From: an uncultured Veillonellaceae bacterium
Lineage (GTDB): Bacteria; Bacillota; Negativicutes; JARBTT01
Direction: 5' to 3'
NCBI GenBank assembly: GCA_963805085.1
Contig: CAWDTA010000004.1
Coordinates: 192,001 to 256,000, forward strand
DNA length: 64,000 nucleotides
The notes beneath the pieces were generated by a model. It made no database searches. It was not told the origin of the DNA and saw only the letters and a list, made by a program, of their open reading frames with translations. The position numbers and the translations under genes were made by a program. Shown piece after piece: positions 1 through 10,174 of the stretch. Each line of letters opens with the position of its first letter. Within the stretch, counting starts at the first letter, position 1.

Positions 1-148
1 ATAAATTAATTTGTACGGTAATGTATACCAATAGCAAATTAAAACAAACAACCAACAATAACAAGCTCCATGCCGTCCATTTTTGCTTGGAAAACAAATA
101 GTCCCTACCTAATCGCCAAGCACTTCTTAAGACTACACCCCGTCGCAA
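1..148 (-). CDS. 5' part of a YddA/SbmA-BacA-like ABC transporter permease/ATPase (runs off the window edge)
   Basis: Hand translation from TTG at 148 after a GAGGTG RBS: MRRGVVLRSAWRLGRDYLFSKQKWTAWSLLLLVVCFNLLLVYITVQINL, which resembles the N-terminus of this family. Confidence 0.65.
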   Translation of the reverse strand, partial: MRRGVVLRSAWRLGRDYLFSKQKWTAWSLLLLVVCFNLLLVYITVQINL

Positions 149-260
149 AACCTATCACCTCTATACGTTATATTTCCATTTATTGATCGACATGACAAAA
201 ATTATTTTCAACGATAAAAAGAGGATTTAACTGCTTTTATCCCTAATTTTAAAATTAGAT

Positions 261-363
261 AGCAGAGTAAATATTTGTGCGTTAAGTGTCAGATGAACGG
301 GGAGTTGTCACTGAACGAAAAACTACGTTGGTAGTTTGCGGTACAAGTATTGCATCCCGCTGT
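261..363 (+). ncRNA. THF (tetrahydrofolate) riboswitch
   Basis: GCAGAGTA...TGCGTTAAGTG...GGGAGTTG...AACGAAA...TTGCGGTAC...GCATCCCGCTG matches the THF aptamer pattern; it lies directly upstream of folT. Confidence 0.9.
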
Positions 364-424
364 TACATAAGAGAGAACTCCTCTATATGTAGCAACGCAA
401 AATTATACTATGGAGGTGTCCTTA

Positions 425-943
425 ATGAATTATGTTAATGTAAAAAACATTGTTTTTACAGCAATCTTTATTTCTTTAACCGTCATTTTTACGCATGTTT
501 TTGCCATTCAAACTCCTTTTATCCGCATTAGTTTGGGATTTTTACCAGTAGCCTTGTTCGCAATGCTACTTGGTCCAATAAAAGGTGCTTGTATGGCAGC
601 GCTCTCCGATCTTCTCGGGTGCTTGGTTTTTTCTCCCGGCTTATACTTTCCGGGATTTACCGTAAGTTCTTTTCTCACTGGTTTGATTTATGGTTATTTT
701 TTCTATCACAAAAAAATAACCTTACAAAAAATCATCTTTGTTAACATCATTATATTTATATTAATCGATTTATTTTTAAATACCTTATGGCTATGTACCT
801 TATATCAAAAAGCCGCACAAGCTTTCTTCATCAGTAGGCTCATCAAAGGCTTAATCCTTTTGCCAATTCAAATTACTATACTTTATACTGTTTATAAAGC
901 AATATACCATCACAAAATTTCCGGTCTGATCCATATGAAATAA
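425..943 (+). CDS. folT: Folate ECF transporter S component
   Basis: RISLGFLP, GP..G, YFPGFT..G.IYG motifs; hydrophobic; ATG at 425 follows GGAGG; THF riboswitch upstream. Confidence 0.88.
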   Translation: MNYVNVKNIVFTAIFISLTVIFTHVFAIQTPFIRISLGFLPVALFAMLLGPIKGACMAALSDLLGCLVFSPGLYFPGFTVSSFLTGLIYGYFFYHKKITLQKIIFVNIIIFILIDLFLNTLWLCTLYQKAAQAFFISRLIKGLILLPIQITILYTVYKAIYHHKISGLIHMK

Positions 944-1011
944 TATCTTTCCAACTCCCCCTAGATATCTTTTAAATTCTTAATCAAAATAAATACAAAG
1001 GAGAAAAGAGT

Positions 1012-1884
1012 ATGGCAAATTTCAGAGAAACTTTTTATCACAAATCATCTTTAAAAAATTTTTCTAAAGATGATATCGTCAAGGGTACTGTCATCAAAAT
1101 AAATCCCGCTTTAATCACTATTTTAGATACTATAGGTAAGCTTGAAAACATTGCCTATACCCAACAAAAAATACTCAATATTGTAAAAGATTTAATTCGT
1201 CATGGGAACATTCACACCTTACATATTGATATTAACTTTGCAGATTACCAACATTTCGGCATTCATCCACCCAGCATTAATTCTCATATTTTCACACCTG
1301 AATTTTTAGAAAAGCTTTATGAACTAGCGACTCCCCATAGTGTATTACTTAATGTACATTTGCTTACCAATCATATTGAAGAACATCTTTTAGCGATGAA
1401 GCACATAAGACTAGGTGCTGTTTGCTTTCAATTAGAAGTTATTAATACTCACAATAAATTAGCGAAAATAATTGACTTAATCTCTTCTATTGGTGCTTGT
1501 GTCAGCCCTGTCATTGAAACCATAGGCAGTGAAAATTTCAATCCACCAACGAAAGAAGATATCTTACAATTTCTTTCTCCTTTTTTTAACAAAATAGGAA
1601 TGCTAACTTTCCAATTACTAGCAACAGGCGCACGATCTAGCCACATTACGGACCAACACTTCGATAAAAATTCTATAGAATACATCAATTTTATTGGTAA
1701 GCAATTCCCTGGAACAATCCAAATTCAAGGTGGTATTACCACCAAAACAATTGGTACAGCAATAAATTTAGGTAGTGAATTTTTCGTATGTGGCACAGAA
1801 ATTTTTAATAATAAGGAAGGTTATTCCCCACACGAAGTCGTTGGTCAATTATTGGCAGCATCTCACCAAGCCTTAATAAAATAA
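1012..1884 (+). CDS. Divergent ribulose-phosphate 3-epimerase-like TIM-barrel protein
   Basis: LHIDI, NVHLL, IQIQGGIT and FVCGTEIF correspond to RPE HxD, DVHLM, IEVDGGI and VAGSAIF; AAGGAG RBS. Confidence 0.6.
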   Translation: MANFRETFYHKSSLKNFSKDDIVKGTVIKINPALITILDTIGKLENIAYTQQKILNIVKDLIRHGNIHTLHIDINFADYQHFGIHPPSINSHIFTPEFLEKLYELATPHSVLLNVHLLTNHIEEHLLAMKHIRLGAVCFQLEVINTHNKLAKIIDLISSIGACVSPVIETIGSENFNPPTKEDILQFLSPFFNKIGMLTFQLLATGARSSHITDQHFDKNSIEYINFIGKQFPGTIQIQGGITTKTIGTAINLGSEFFVCGTEIFNNKEGYSPHEVVGQLLAASHQALIK

Positions 1885-1900
1885 AATATGCTACAATTAT

Positions 1901-1938
1901 AAAAACAGCTGTTAGCAAAATGCTAACAGCTGTTTTTT
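1901..1938. terminator. Bidirectional intrinsic terminator
   Basis: AAAAACAGCTGTTAGCA-AAA-TGCTAACAGCTGTTTTT between convergent genes. Confidence 0.85.
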
Positions 1939-1975
1939 GGGGTTTATATCTATGTGATTTTATGGAAAAGCAATA

Positions 1976-3379
1976 TTATTTTAGTAAGTCGCTACCAGCG
2001 ATACCTGGATGTGTCATTTCTTCTGGGGAAAGAATATGATCCATTGCTTCTTTAGTTAATAAGCCTTTTTCAAGAATGATTTCACGAATTGGTCTGCCTG
2101 TAGCATATGCTTCTTTAGCAAGCATGGAGGAATTTTCATAACCGATATGTGGTAAAAGTGCAGTTACAATACCAACACTACGATCTAACCAATATGCGCA
2201 TTGTTCTTTATTGGCTTGTAAATTAACCATTAAGTTATCAACGAAATTATTCACTACATTTGTTAAATAACGCATGGAGTTAAATAAGTTAAAAGCAATA
2301 ACAGGTTCCATTACGTTTAATTCAAATTGTCCATTTTCTACACCTAAGCTAATTGTTACATCGTTACCAATAACTTGGTAGCAAGTTTGGTTAAGAACTT
2401 CAGCCATAACAGGATTTACTTTACCCGGCATAATAGAAGAACCAGGTTGACGTGCTGGCAATTTTAATTCGTTAAGCCCACAACGAGGACCGGAAGCCAT
2501 TAAGCGGAAATCATTTGCCATTTTGATTAATACCAAAGCAGTTACTTTTAAGCCAGAGGATACATCCGCAAAAGCATCTGTATTATTCGTAGCATCAATT
2601 AAGTTAGTTGCTGTTTCGAAGTGTTCACCAGTGATTTTGGATAATTGTTTTGCAACTTCTTTAATATATTCAGGTTCTGCATTTAAGCCAGTACCAACAG
2701 CAGTTGCTCCCATATTAATTGTATGAACGCCATCTACAGCAAATTCAATACGTTTAATACCACGACGAATGGATGAAGCATAAGAAGCCATTTCTTGCCC
2801 TAAAGTAATAGGCACTGCATCTTGTAAATGTGTACGACCCATTTTTAAAATATCTTTATATTCTAAAGCTTTTTTATCTAATTCATCTACTAAACGATTC
2901 AACGCTGCGATTAATGGTTTGCTTTTATGAATGACACATACTTTAATTCCTGTAGGGAAAGAGTCATTTGTAGATTGCGCCATGTTAGCATGGTTGTTTG
3001 GAGAAATGATATCATAACTACCTTTTGCTTCGCCGATAAGTTCAAGCGCTCTATTAACTAGAACTTCATTTGTATTCATATTAACGGAAGTACCTGCACC
3101 ACCTTGAATTGGGTCAACTGGAAATTGATCATGTAATTTACCAGCGATCACTTCATCAGCGGCTTTAACAAGTGCTTTACCGATTTTTTCTTCTAAACGA
3201 CCAGTTTTCATATTTGCAAGTGCTGCAGCTTTTTTAACAGTTGCCATCGCAATGATGAAATCTTTATCTAATTTTTCACCTGTAATACTAAAGTTTTCCA
3301 TTGCTCTTATTGTTTGTACTCCATAATATGCTGCGTCTGGTACTTCTAATTCACCTAAAAAATCATGTTCTAATCTCAT
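1976..3379 (-). CDS. aspA: Aspartate ammonia-lyase
   Basis: GSSIMPGKVNPV signature, KMGRTHLQDA, QGGAGTSVNMN. Confidence 0.92.
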   Translation of the reverse strand: MRLEHDFLGELEVPDAAYYGVQTIRAMENFSITGEKLDKDFIIAMATVKKAAALANMKTGRLEEKIGKALVKAADEVIAGKLHDQFPVDPIQGGAGTSVNMNTNEVLVNRALELIGEAKGSYDIISPNNHANMAQSTNDSFPTGIKVCVIHKSKPLIAALNRLVDELDKKALEYKDILKMGRTHLQDAVPITLGQEMASYASSIRRGIKRIEFAVDGVHTINMGATAVGTGLNAEPEYIKEVAKQLSKITGEHFETATNLIDATNNTDAFADVSSGLKVTALVLIKMANDFRLMASGPRCGLNELKLPARQPGSSIMPGKVNPVMAEVLNQTCYQVIGNDVTISLGVENGQFELNVMEPVIAFNLFNSMRYLTNVVNNFVDNLMVNLQANKEQCAYWLDRSVGIVTALLPHIGYENSSMLAKEAYATGRPIREIILEKGLLTKEAMDHILSPEEMTHPGIAGSDLLK

Positions 3380-3678
3380 TATTATTTCCCCCTAAAATAT
3401 TTCTTATTGTATTCGTTTTTGAATATTATGAATTTTATTGGCTATTTATATTGTTTATGTTTTCATTACCTTATGAACGTATTGTATCATGTATACAAAA
3501 TACATTCAAGTGGGATTTTAAAAATTTTTCATGAAATCATTATCTTTTTCTACTACATTTCCTAATAAAAGGCTTCACTATAGATAAAACAACTATCAAT
3601 TAAGACCAAATAAAGGTATAATGTTTAGCATAATTTAAAAATGAACATTATATTTTTATTAAAACATTGGAGGCTCAT

Positions 3679-4683
3679 ATGTGGTCAAAACATCAAACAT
3701 CTATCTTAGTAAGTTTTAGCTTTACGATACTATTTTCTATGTTCTGGTTTGTACAACCATTAGCAATCGTCATTTTTTGTTCTTTATTATTGACGATATT
3801 ACTAAATTCAATTGTCGATAAACTTGTAACAAAAAAAGTCCCCCGCATCATTGCAGCAATCGTTACACTATTTACTTTCCTTGCCTTGGTCATTTGGCTA
3901 CTGGTTGCGATCTCAAAAACTTTCATTCCGACATTTTCAAACTTTATTGCTGATATTCCTAGTATTGCAGAGAGTTTAAAAAACATTCCTTTACTCAATC
4001 TTCCGACGACTTTAACAACACAATTGGAAGATGCTTTCAAAGGATTTGCTAGTCTTAGTGTTACCACGCTTCGTTCTTCACTCGAAATTTTGATTAATAT
4101 TTTTAGTAAAGCAATGGACATGATCATGGTAATTTTCATTACTTTCTATCTTCTAAAAGACGGTAAAGAAATCAAAGAGTACTTAGCTAATTTATTTCCC
4201 CCAAAAGATAAGGCTAGAATACATAAACTATTTGATACTATTATTGGAGCTTTGATTAACTATGTCCGTGGTCAACTAGCAATTTGTGTCATCACTGGAT
4301 TTTTGGTTTTTACCTATTTTACAGTTTGCGATCTCCCCTATGCCTCAGTTTTTGCAGTCTTATCAGCAATTGGTGAATTGATCCCTGTTGTTGGACCAAC
4401 CATCGCTTCCCTTTCGGGTTCTTTATTCGCAGTAACCCAATTAACCTCACTCGGGCTGCAAACACTCTGCTTTTACATCATTTTAACGCAAGTCAATCAT
4501 AATATAGTTTATCCATATTTGATCGGCAAATCATTAAACCTCCATCCAATTGCCATCATGCTTGGCATATTATTTGGTGGACAAATCTTAGGAGCTCTTG
4601 GGATGTTTCTCGCTGTACCTTGTATGGTAATTATTAAAATAGTATTAGAAGATCTCTTTCATAATCACTCTACAACTATATAA
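3679..4683 (+). CDS. AI-2E family (PerM/YhhT-like) transporter
   Basis: YVRGQL, IPVVGP and LHPIAIMLGILFGG motifs; ATG at 3679 follows GGAGG. Confidence 0.85.
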   Translation: MWSKHQTSILVSFSFTILFSMFWFVQPLAIVIFCSLLLTILLNSIVDKLVTKKVPRIIAAIVTLFTFLALVIWLLVAISKTFIPTFSNFIADIPSIAESLKNIPLLNLPTTLTTQLEDAFKGFASLSVTTLRSSLEILINIFSKAMDMIMVIFITFYLLKDGKEIKEYLANLFPPKDKARIHKLFDTIIGALINYVRGQLAICVITGFLVFTYFTVCDLPYASVFAVLSAIGELIPVVGPTIASLSGSLFAVTQLTSLGLQTLCFYIILTQVNHNIVYPYLIGKSLNLHPIAIMLGILFGGQILGALGMFLAVPCMVIIKIVLEDLFHNHSTTI

Positions 4684-4729
4684 AACGAAGCTAAACTATA
4701 CTAAACTATAAAACAAACTGAAATAAAAG

Positions 4730-4778
4730 AAGAAGGCTATGGAATCATGAGATCACTCATAATTTCATAGCCTTCTTT
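4730..4778. terminator. Long hairpin terminator
   Basis: AAGAAGGCTATGGAATCATGAG-ATCA-CTCATAATTTCATAGCCTTCTT. Confidence 0.7.
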
Positions 4779-5201
4779 GGCTTTGTTTATATAGATATTA
4801 TTTATTTCTAACGTAATATAGCTAACCTGTTCTTTGTATACAAGTATACCATCGTCATTTTTAAATTACAAGATGCTTTTTATACTTTTTTTATAATTTT
4901 TCATGCTGTTTAACCTTAAATATATAAGTTAATGCAATAAATACTTATATATCACCAGTTTGGATAAGATTAAACCAAAGTAGATGAGTTGCAAAAGAAA
5001 TTTTTTCAAAAAAGGCAACATAGACGAATCTTAACTACAACCTAGCTTTGAAGGCTTTTTGTTTGACCGTAAGGAGTTTAACCTTATTGCGATCTTTGAG
5101 TCAGTACGCACTTGAGATTTGTCTTTTGCCGGCTTGTTATTTTTTCAGTGTAAATCATCTGCTATTTAAGCATAAAGCTATTTTTCCTAACTACCACCAA
5201 T

Positions 5202-5585
5202 TTAATCAATTTGTCTTTCGTATTCAGCTTTTCTTACTTCTTTCAACTTATTCTCTTGATCCACCATGACTACAGTTGGCGTGTAATGCGCAGCTTCTTC
5301 TTCCTCCATCATCGCATACGCCATGATAATAACAACATCTCCTGGCTGTGCAAGACGGGCCGCTGCACCATTTAAACAAATGACTCCTGAGTTTGGCGCA
5401 CCTTTAATCACATAAGTTTCGAGTCGTTCACCGTTATTGTTATTTACGACTTGCACACGTTCATTCGGTAAAATATTCGCCGCCTTTAGTAGCGTTTCAT
5501 CAATGGTGATACTGCCCATGTATCGCAAATTTGCTTCCGTTACTGTCGCGCAATGAATTTTTGCTTTTAATAAATTTAATAACAT
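5202..5585 (-). CDS. panD: Aspartate 1-decarboxylase
   Basis: [18 protein letters not shown] self-cleavage site, ICLNGAAAR. Confidence 0.95.
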   Translation of the reverse strand: MLLNLLKAKIHCATVTEANLRYMGSITIDETLLKAANILPNERVQVVNNNNGERLETYVIKGAPNSGVICLNGAAARLAQPGDVVIIMAYAMMEEEEAAHYTPTVVMVDQENKLKEVRKAEYERQID

Positions 5586-5588
5586 TGC

Positions 5589-6443
5589 CTAACCTCCGAT
5601 TATTGCATTATCGATTAATCTCGTCGTACTAAAACGCACCGCGAGAGCCATGATTGCTTGATCTTTTACCGTTTCGATTTCTTCTAAATCTGGAAAGCTA
5701 TAAATTTCCACATAGTCAATATCAGCTAATGGCTCTGCTTGAATCTGTTTCGTAAGCAAGCTCTTTAAAACTGCCACGTTCTTTTCACCGTTTGTATAGG
5801 CTTCTTTCGCAGCTTTTAAACTAGCGGATAAAACTAAAGCCGCTTCTTTTTCAGCAGTCGATAAATACTTGTTACGAGAACTCAAGGCAAGTCCATTGTC
5901 ATCGCGGACAATTGGTACCATTTCGACTGCCACATTGATATTCAAATCGCGGACAAAACGCTTGATTACAACAACCTGTTGCGCATCTTTTTGCCCAAAG
6001 AAAGCGTGATCTGCTTCAGTGATATTAAATAATTTTGTAACTACAGTCGCTACCCCACGAAAATGTCCGGGCCTGCGTGCACCACAAAGTTTACTGGTAA
6101 TGTCACCATCCACGGTAACATAGGCAGTATAATTTTCAGGATACAATTCAACCGCTTCGGGATGAAACACAGCATCCACCCCAACTGATTCCAATTTTGC
6201 GCAGTCACTTTCAAATTCACGCGGATAGGCAGCAAAATCTTCATTCGGTCCAAACTGTGTTGGATTTACAAAGACACTGGCTATAACGATATCACATTTT
6301 TCTTTTGCCGCTTTCATCAATGTTATATGCCCCTTGTGTAATGCTCCCATCGTTGGTACAAGTCCAATTGTTTTACCTGTTTTTTTTAGCGATCTGACAA
6401 AGTTTTTCATTTCGGCAACGGTTTTGATTACTTTCATTTGCAT
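5589..6443 (-). CDS. panC: Pantoate--beta-alanine ligase
   Basis: VPTMGALHKGH, RPGHFRGV, FGQKDAQQ, GLALSSRN. Confidence 0.95.
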   Translation of the reverse strand: MQMKVIKTVAEMKNFVRSLKKTGKTIGLVPTMGALHKGHITLMKAAKEKCDIVIASVFVNPTQFGPNEDFAAYPREFESDCAKLESVGVDAVFHPEAVELYPENYTAYVTVDGDITSKLCGARRPGHFRGVATVVTKLFNITEADHAFFGQKDAQQVVVIKRFVRDLNINVAVEMVPIVRDDNGLALSSRNKYLSTAEKEAALVLSASLKAAKEAYTNGEKNVAVLKSLLTKQIQAEPLADIDYVEIYSFPDLEEIETVKDQAIMALAVRFSTTRLIDNAIIGG

Positions 6444-6549
6444 GATCTACACCTCAACACATGATTTATTTTAATTATGCACTATAGAGTGTGTTAAAAA
6501 AACACACAACCTTAAAATTCAAGAGATTGTTACAAGATGCCCAAATTCT

Positions 6550-7386
6550 CTAATATAATTTATCTAATACCTCCTCGGCAATCGAGAAGGTATGCTCCTT
6601 TGCAGGAAAAGTTCTTGCCATTACTTCCTGCTTATATTCCATGATTGCTTCGAGCATCAGTGCTTGTAAATTTGCAAATTTCTTAACAAATTTCGGCGTA
6701 AACTCCGAGTACATACCAAACATATCATTCACAACCAAAACTTGACCATCACAACCGTTACCAGCACCAATCCCAATTGTTGGTACTGCAATCATTTGCG
6801 TTATTTTTGCTGCCAATTTTTCTGGTACACATTCTAACACCACTGCAAAAACACCTGCTTCCACTAATAATTTTGCGTCATCAATCAGTTTTTTCGCGGT
6901 TTCTTCATCTTTACCTTGTACTTTAAAACCACCCAATTGATGAATGGATTGCGGTGTAAGACCTAAGTGCCCGACTACTGGAATTCCCGCTCGCACAATC
7001 GCTTTTACAGCCTCAACTATTTCAACCCCACCTTCAACTTTGACTGCTTGTGCCCCGGTTTCTTTTAGCAAACGTCCGGCATTTTGCAGTGCTTCTGTTA
7101 CTGAGACTTGGTAAGACATAAATGGCATATCAACAACAACCATCGTATTTTGGGTACCTCGGCAGACCGCCTTGGCATGATGAATCATATCCTCCATGGT
7201 AACTGGCAAGGTAGAATCATACCCTAAAACAACATTGCCTAAAGAATCGCCCACCAAAATCATATCAATCTGTGCGCTATCGAGCATTTTTGCCATCGCA
7301 TAATCATAAGCGGTAAGCATGGTAATGGGTATTCCTTTCACTTTTCTGTCCTTAATTACGGATACTGTCACACGTGTATTACTCAT
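6550..7386 (-). CDS. panB: 3-methyl-2-oxobutanoate hydroxymethyltransferase
   Basis: MLTAYDY, LVGDSLG, GHLGLTPQS, CDGQVLV. Confidence 0.95.
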   Translation of the reverse strand: MSNTRVTVSVIKDRKVKGIPITMLTAYDYAMAKMLDSAQIDMILVGDSLGNVVLGYDSTLPVTMEDMIHHAKAVCRGTQNTMVVVDMPFMSYQVSVTEALQNAGRLLKETGAQAVKVEGGVEIVEAVKAIVRAGIPVVGHLGLTPQSIHQLGGFKVQGKDEETAKKLIDDAKLLVEAGVFAVVLECVPEKLAAKITQMIAVPTIGIGAGNGCDGQVLVVNDMFGMYSEFTPKFVKKFANLQALMLEAIMEYKQEVMARTFPAKEHTFSIAEEVLDKLY

Positions 7387-7417
7387 TGTTTTTCCTCCAA
7401 TCGCCCAATAAAAATAT

Positions 7418-7449
7418 AAAAAGCCTTTCGGCAGACTTCACCGAAAGGC
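7418..7449 (-). terminator. Attenuator terminator in the panB leader
   Basis: Minus strand GCCTTTCGG-loop-CCGAAAGGC followed by TTTTT, between the pan motif and the panB RBS. Confidence 0.8.
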
Positions 7450-7471
7450 ATAACAATACTACTTTTACCTT

Positions 7472-7590
7472 CCGTCTTAGTCTTTAAGATCTAAGCGGAT
7501 AAATGAATTTTATTCAATTCCATTTCATCCAATGCTGTTAAGTTTCCATCGTGTAACTCTCTTCCAAGATGTTACCGAATTACTTAACAA
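7472..7590 (-). ncRNA. pan RNA motif (two tandem bulged-A stem-loops)
   Basis: Minus-strand TCGGTAACATCT..AGAGTTACACGA (7549-7578) and CCGCTTAGATCTTAAAGACTAAGACGG (7472-7498) upstream of panBCD. Confidence 0.8.
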
Positions 7591-7735
7591 CAGGATATTA
7601 CCACACTCTTTTCTAAAATACAAGAGTAAAATTAGCTGGCTATTTACTTATAGTATTCAGAAATCGTTCATATAACAGCAGTTCACCTACCACGATAGCT
7701 AACAAAATTTTTTATTCATACCAGTGAAGGCTGCT

Positions 7736-8923
7736 TTAAGTTCGCTTCTGCTTGTAGATATAACGATAAAATACAAGCAAACTAATACCAAATAGCAATA
7801 ACCCTGTAAAGATAAACACATACTGGATTCCCATCAACGCTGCTATCGCACCACCTAATAGCGGGCCAATCATCGCACCGATCTGATATGCTGTCGTCGC
7901 AAAACCAAATACCCGCCCGCGGAAACTAGCCTCGGTACAATTGACGATAGTTGCACTAATCGAAGGATTTACCCCAACAATAAAGCTTCCCACCAAAAAC
8001 TGTAATGCACCAAACCCAATAACCGTCTCCGGAAAGAATTGCAAGAAATTAAAAATACCTGCCCCGCCAAAGGCAAATACCATCGCTTTAAAGTAACCAC
8101 TTCGTTGTCCATATCGACCCCAAAACGGTGTAGAAATAGCCCCAGCGATACCACCTAAACTAAAGATAATCCCCGCAGTAAGTACAACCCCTTCCATATC
8201 CCCTTGCAACTGGGCAATATATAGGGTCATAACTGGTTGTAAAATCATCATTGCCAATTGGATCAGTAAGGTTAATCCCATCATCTCTACTAACAACGAG
8301 TTTTTTGCAGCATGTTTTATATCTTCCATCATACTGCTGCCAGCATGACGATCTTCCACTCGTGCTGGTTCTTTTACAAAGAAAACAACGACAACTGTAA
8401 CCAATAATAGACATATGCCTGCCACAAAAAATGAAGCACGCATGCCAAAAACATGTGCCAAAGAGCCCCCGAGCAACGGACCTAACACCCCACCGATAAT
8501 CTGCCCAGTCTGGATAATCCCAAGAGAAAAGCCCAATTGTTCTTTAGGTGCGCTCGAAGATACTATTGCTAAAGAAGCAGGTAAAAACCCATTGGCAAAC
8601 CCTTGTAAGATCCTTACTCCGAGCAATTCGACTGGGCTTGTTACAATACCACCTAAAAAATACACAATTGCCAAACCTAAGCCGGCACGGATGGCCATCA
8701 AACGTTTACCATTTTTATCAGCAAATTTCCCCCAAATAGGCGCCATAATCGCTCCAACAAAAAAGCTAATCGAAAAAACCGCCCCTGACCACATTGCAAC
8801 ATCTTGTTCAGTAACACCAAGTTCTAATAAATATACGGGTAAAAATGGAATGATCATAGTATAACTTGCCGAGGTCAGTACTACACTAACACACAATACC
8901 CATAAGTTGATACGCCAATTCAC
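7736..8923 (-). CDS. MFS transporter, DHA1/MdtG-like
   Basis: WGKFADKNGKR motif A, GPLLGG motif C, about 12 TM segments. Confidence 0.85.
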   Translation of the reverse strand: MNWRINLWVLCVSVVLTSASYTMIIPFLPVYLLELGVTEQDVAMWSGAVFSISFFVGAIMAPIWGKFADKNGKRLMAIRAGLGLAIVYFLGGIVTSPVELLGVRILQGFANGFLPASLAIVSSSAPKEQLGFSLGIIQTGQIIGGVLGPLLGGSLAHVFGMRASFFVAGICLLLVTVVVVFFVKEPARVEDRHAGSSMMEDIKHAAKNSLLVEMMGLTLLIQLAMMILQPVMTLYIAQLQGDMEGVVLTAGIIFSLGGIAGAISTPFWGRYGQRSGYFKAMVFAFGGAGIFNFLQFFPETVIGFGALQFLVGSFIVGVNPSISATIVNCTEASFRGRVFGFATTAYQIGAMIGPLLGGAIAALMGIQYVFIFTGLLLFGISLLVFYRYIYKQKRT

Positions 8924-8964
8924 AAAAAATACGCCTCCTGAAATAGTTCAACTATTACTTCTTC

Positions 8965-9879
8965 TTATAAACGATTATATTTATTTTGACGTTTAAATTT
9001 TGCTTTTAAATCAGCTAATCCACCAACTTGTGTAATCAGCATACCAAACATCATCAATAAGCAACCTAAAACTTCTTTTAAACCCATATATTCATTTAAA
9101 AATAAATATCCCGCTAACGCCCCAAACACCGATTCCATACTCATAATAATCGCCGCATGCGAAGGTTCGGCATATTTCTGTCCAACGATTTGTAACGTAA
9201 AGGCAACCCCTACAGATAGAAAACCACCGTATAAAATTGGCACTGCTGCACTAACAATGCTAGCCCAATCAATCGTTTCAATGGCAATCGCAACACTACT
9301 ACTCAGCAATGCACAAACAAAAAATTGATAAAATGCTAATTTTATCGAATCTACACTATTCGCATAATGATCAATAAATAAAATATGGATGGTCCAAATA
9401 AAAGCACAGATTAAAACGATGAAATCACCGTACTCCATTTGGAAGCCATTTTTTACACAAAGAAAATATAAACCACTAATAGATAAAGCTGCTCCGACCC
9501 ACGTATTTCCTGAAATATGCTGTTTTAAGAATACAGCAGCAAATGGCACTAAAATGATATATAAACAGGTAATAAACGCGGCTTTCCCTGCGGTCGTATA
9601 AATTATCCCAACCTGTTGGAACGAAACCGCCAAGAACATAATAACGCCCGCGATTGAGCCCACTTTTAGCACACTCACCGACTTTTGTTCCGCTTGATAA
9701 GGCTTTTTATCATTTCTAAAATAATACAGTACTGGCACCAGCGACAAGCAGCCCAGCATAAACCTTATTCCTGTATAAGCAAACGGTCCGATATATTCCA
9801 TGCCAGCCCGTTGTGCTACAAAGGCGGCACCCCAAATCATTGCTACAAATAGCAAGATTACATTTCCTCTCAAGCGCAA
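8965..9879 (-). CDS. DMT/EamA family transporter
   Basis: IWGAAFVAQ, AFITCLY and AAIIMSMESVFGA motifs. Confidence 0.85.
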   Translation of the reverse strand: MRLRGNVILLFVAMIWGAAFVAQRAGMEYIGPFAYTGIRFMLGCLSLVPVLYYFRNDKKPYQAEQKSVSVLKVGSIAGVIMFLAVSFQQVGIIYTTAGKAAFITCLYIILVPFAAVFLKQHISGNTWVGAALSISGLYFLCVKNGFQMEYGDFIVLICAFIWTIHILFIDHYANSVDSIKLAFYQFFVCALLSSSVAIAIETIDWASIVSAAVPILYGGFLSVGVAFTLQIVGQKYAEPSHAAIIMSMESVFGALAGYLFLNEYMGLKEVLGCLLMMFGMLITQVGGLADLKAKFKRQNKYNRL

Positions 9880-10174
9880 AATAAACCTTCTTTCTCACTA
9901 TATACCTACGAACATGATGTATATAAAAATTCATATCTTTTTTATAATACCATTTTTATCCGAACAAATACAATGAAAACAACCAATTATTCTTTAAAAA
10001 TACGGTTCTTTTTTATTGATAATAAGACTACTTTATAAACATACTATATACATTCACGTACCCCACTTACAATCTTATTATTTTTTTATTTACGATCACA
10101 TAGTAGAACACACAGAAAATACGTTAAATTACATTCTTATCAATAAAACATAAAAACATATTGGAGGATTCTGT

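Noticed and set aside
5014-5130. 6S RNA or SRP RNA
   Set aside because: Too short for 6S, and lacks the SRP helix-8 GGAA/AGCAG motif.
5048-5269. 73-aa plus-strand ORF
   Set aside because: No RBS, overlaps panD antisense, and has no recognisable family features.
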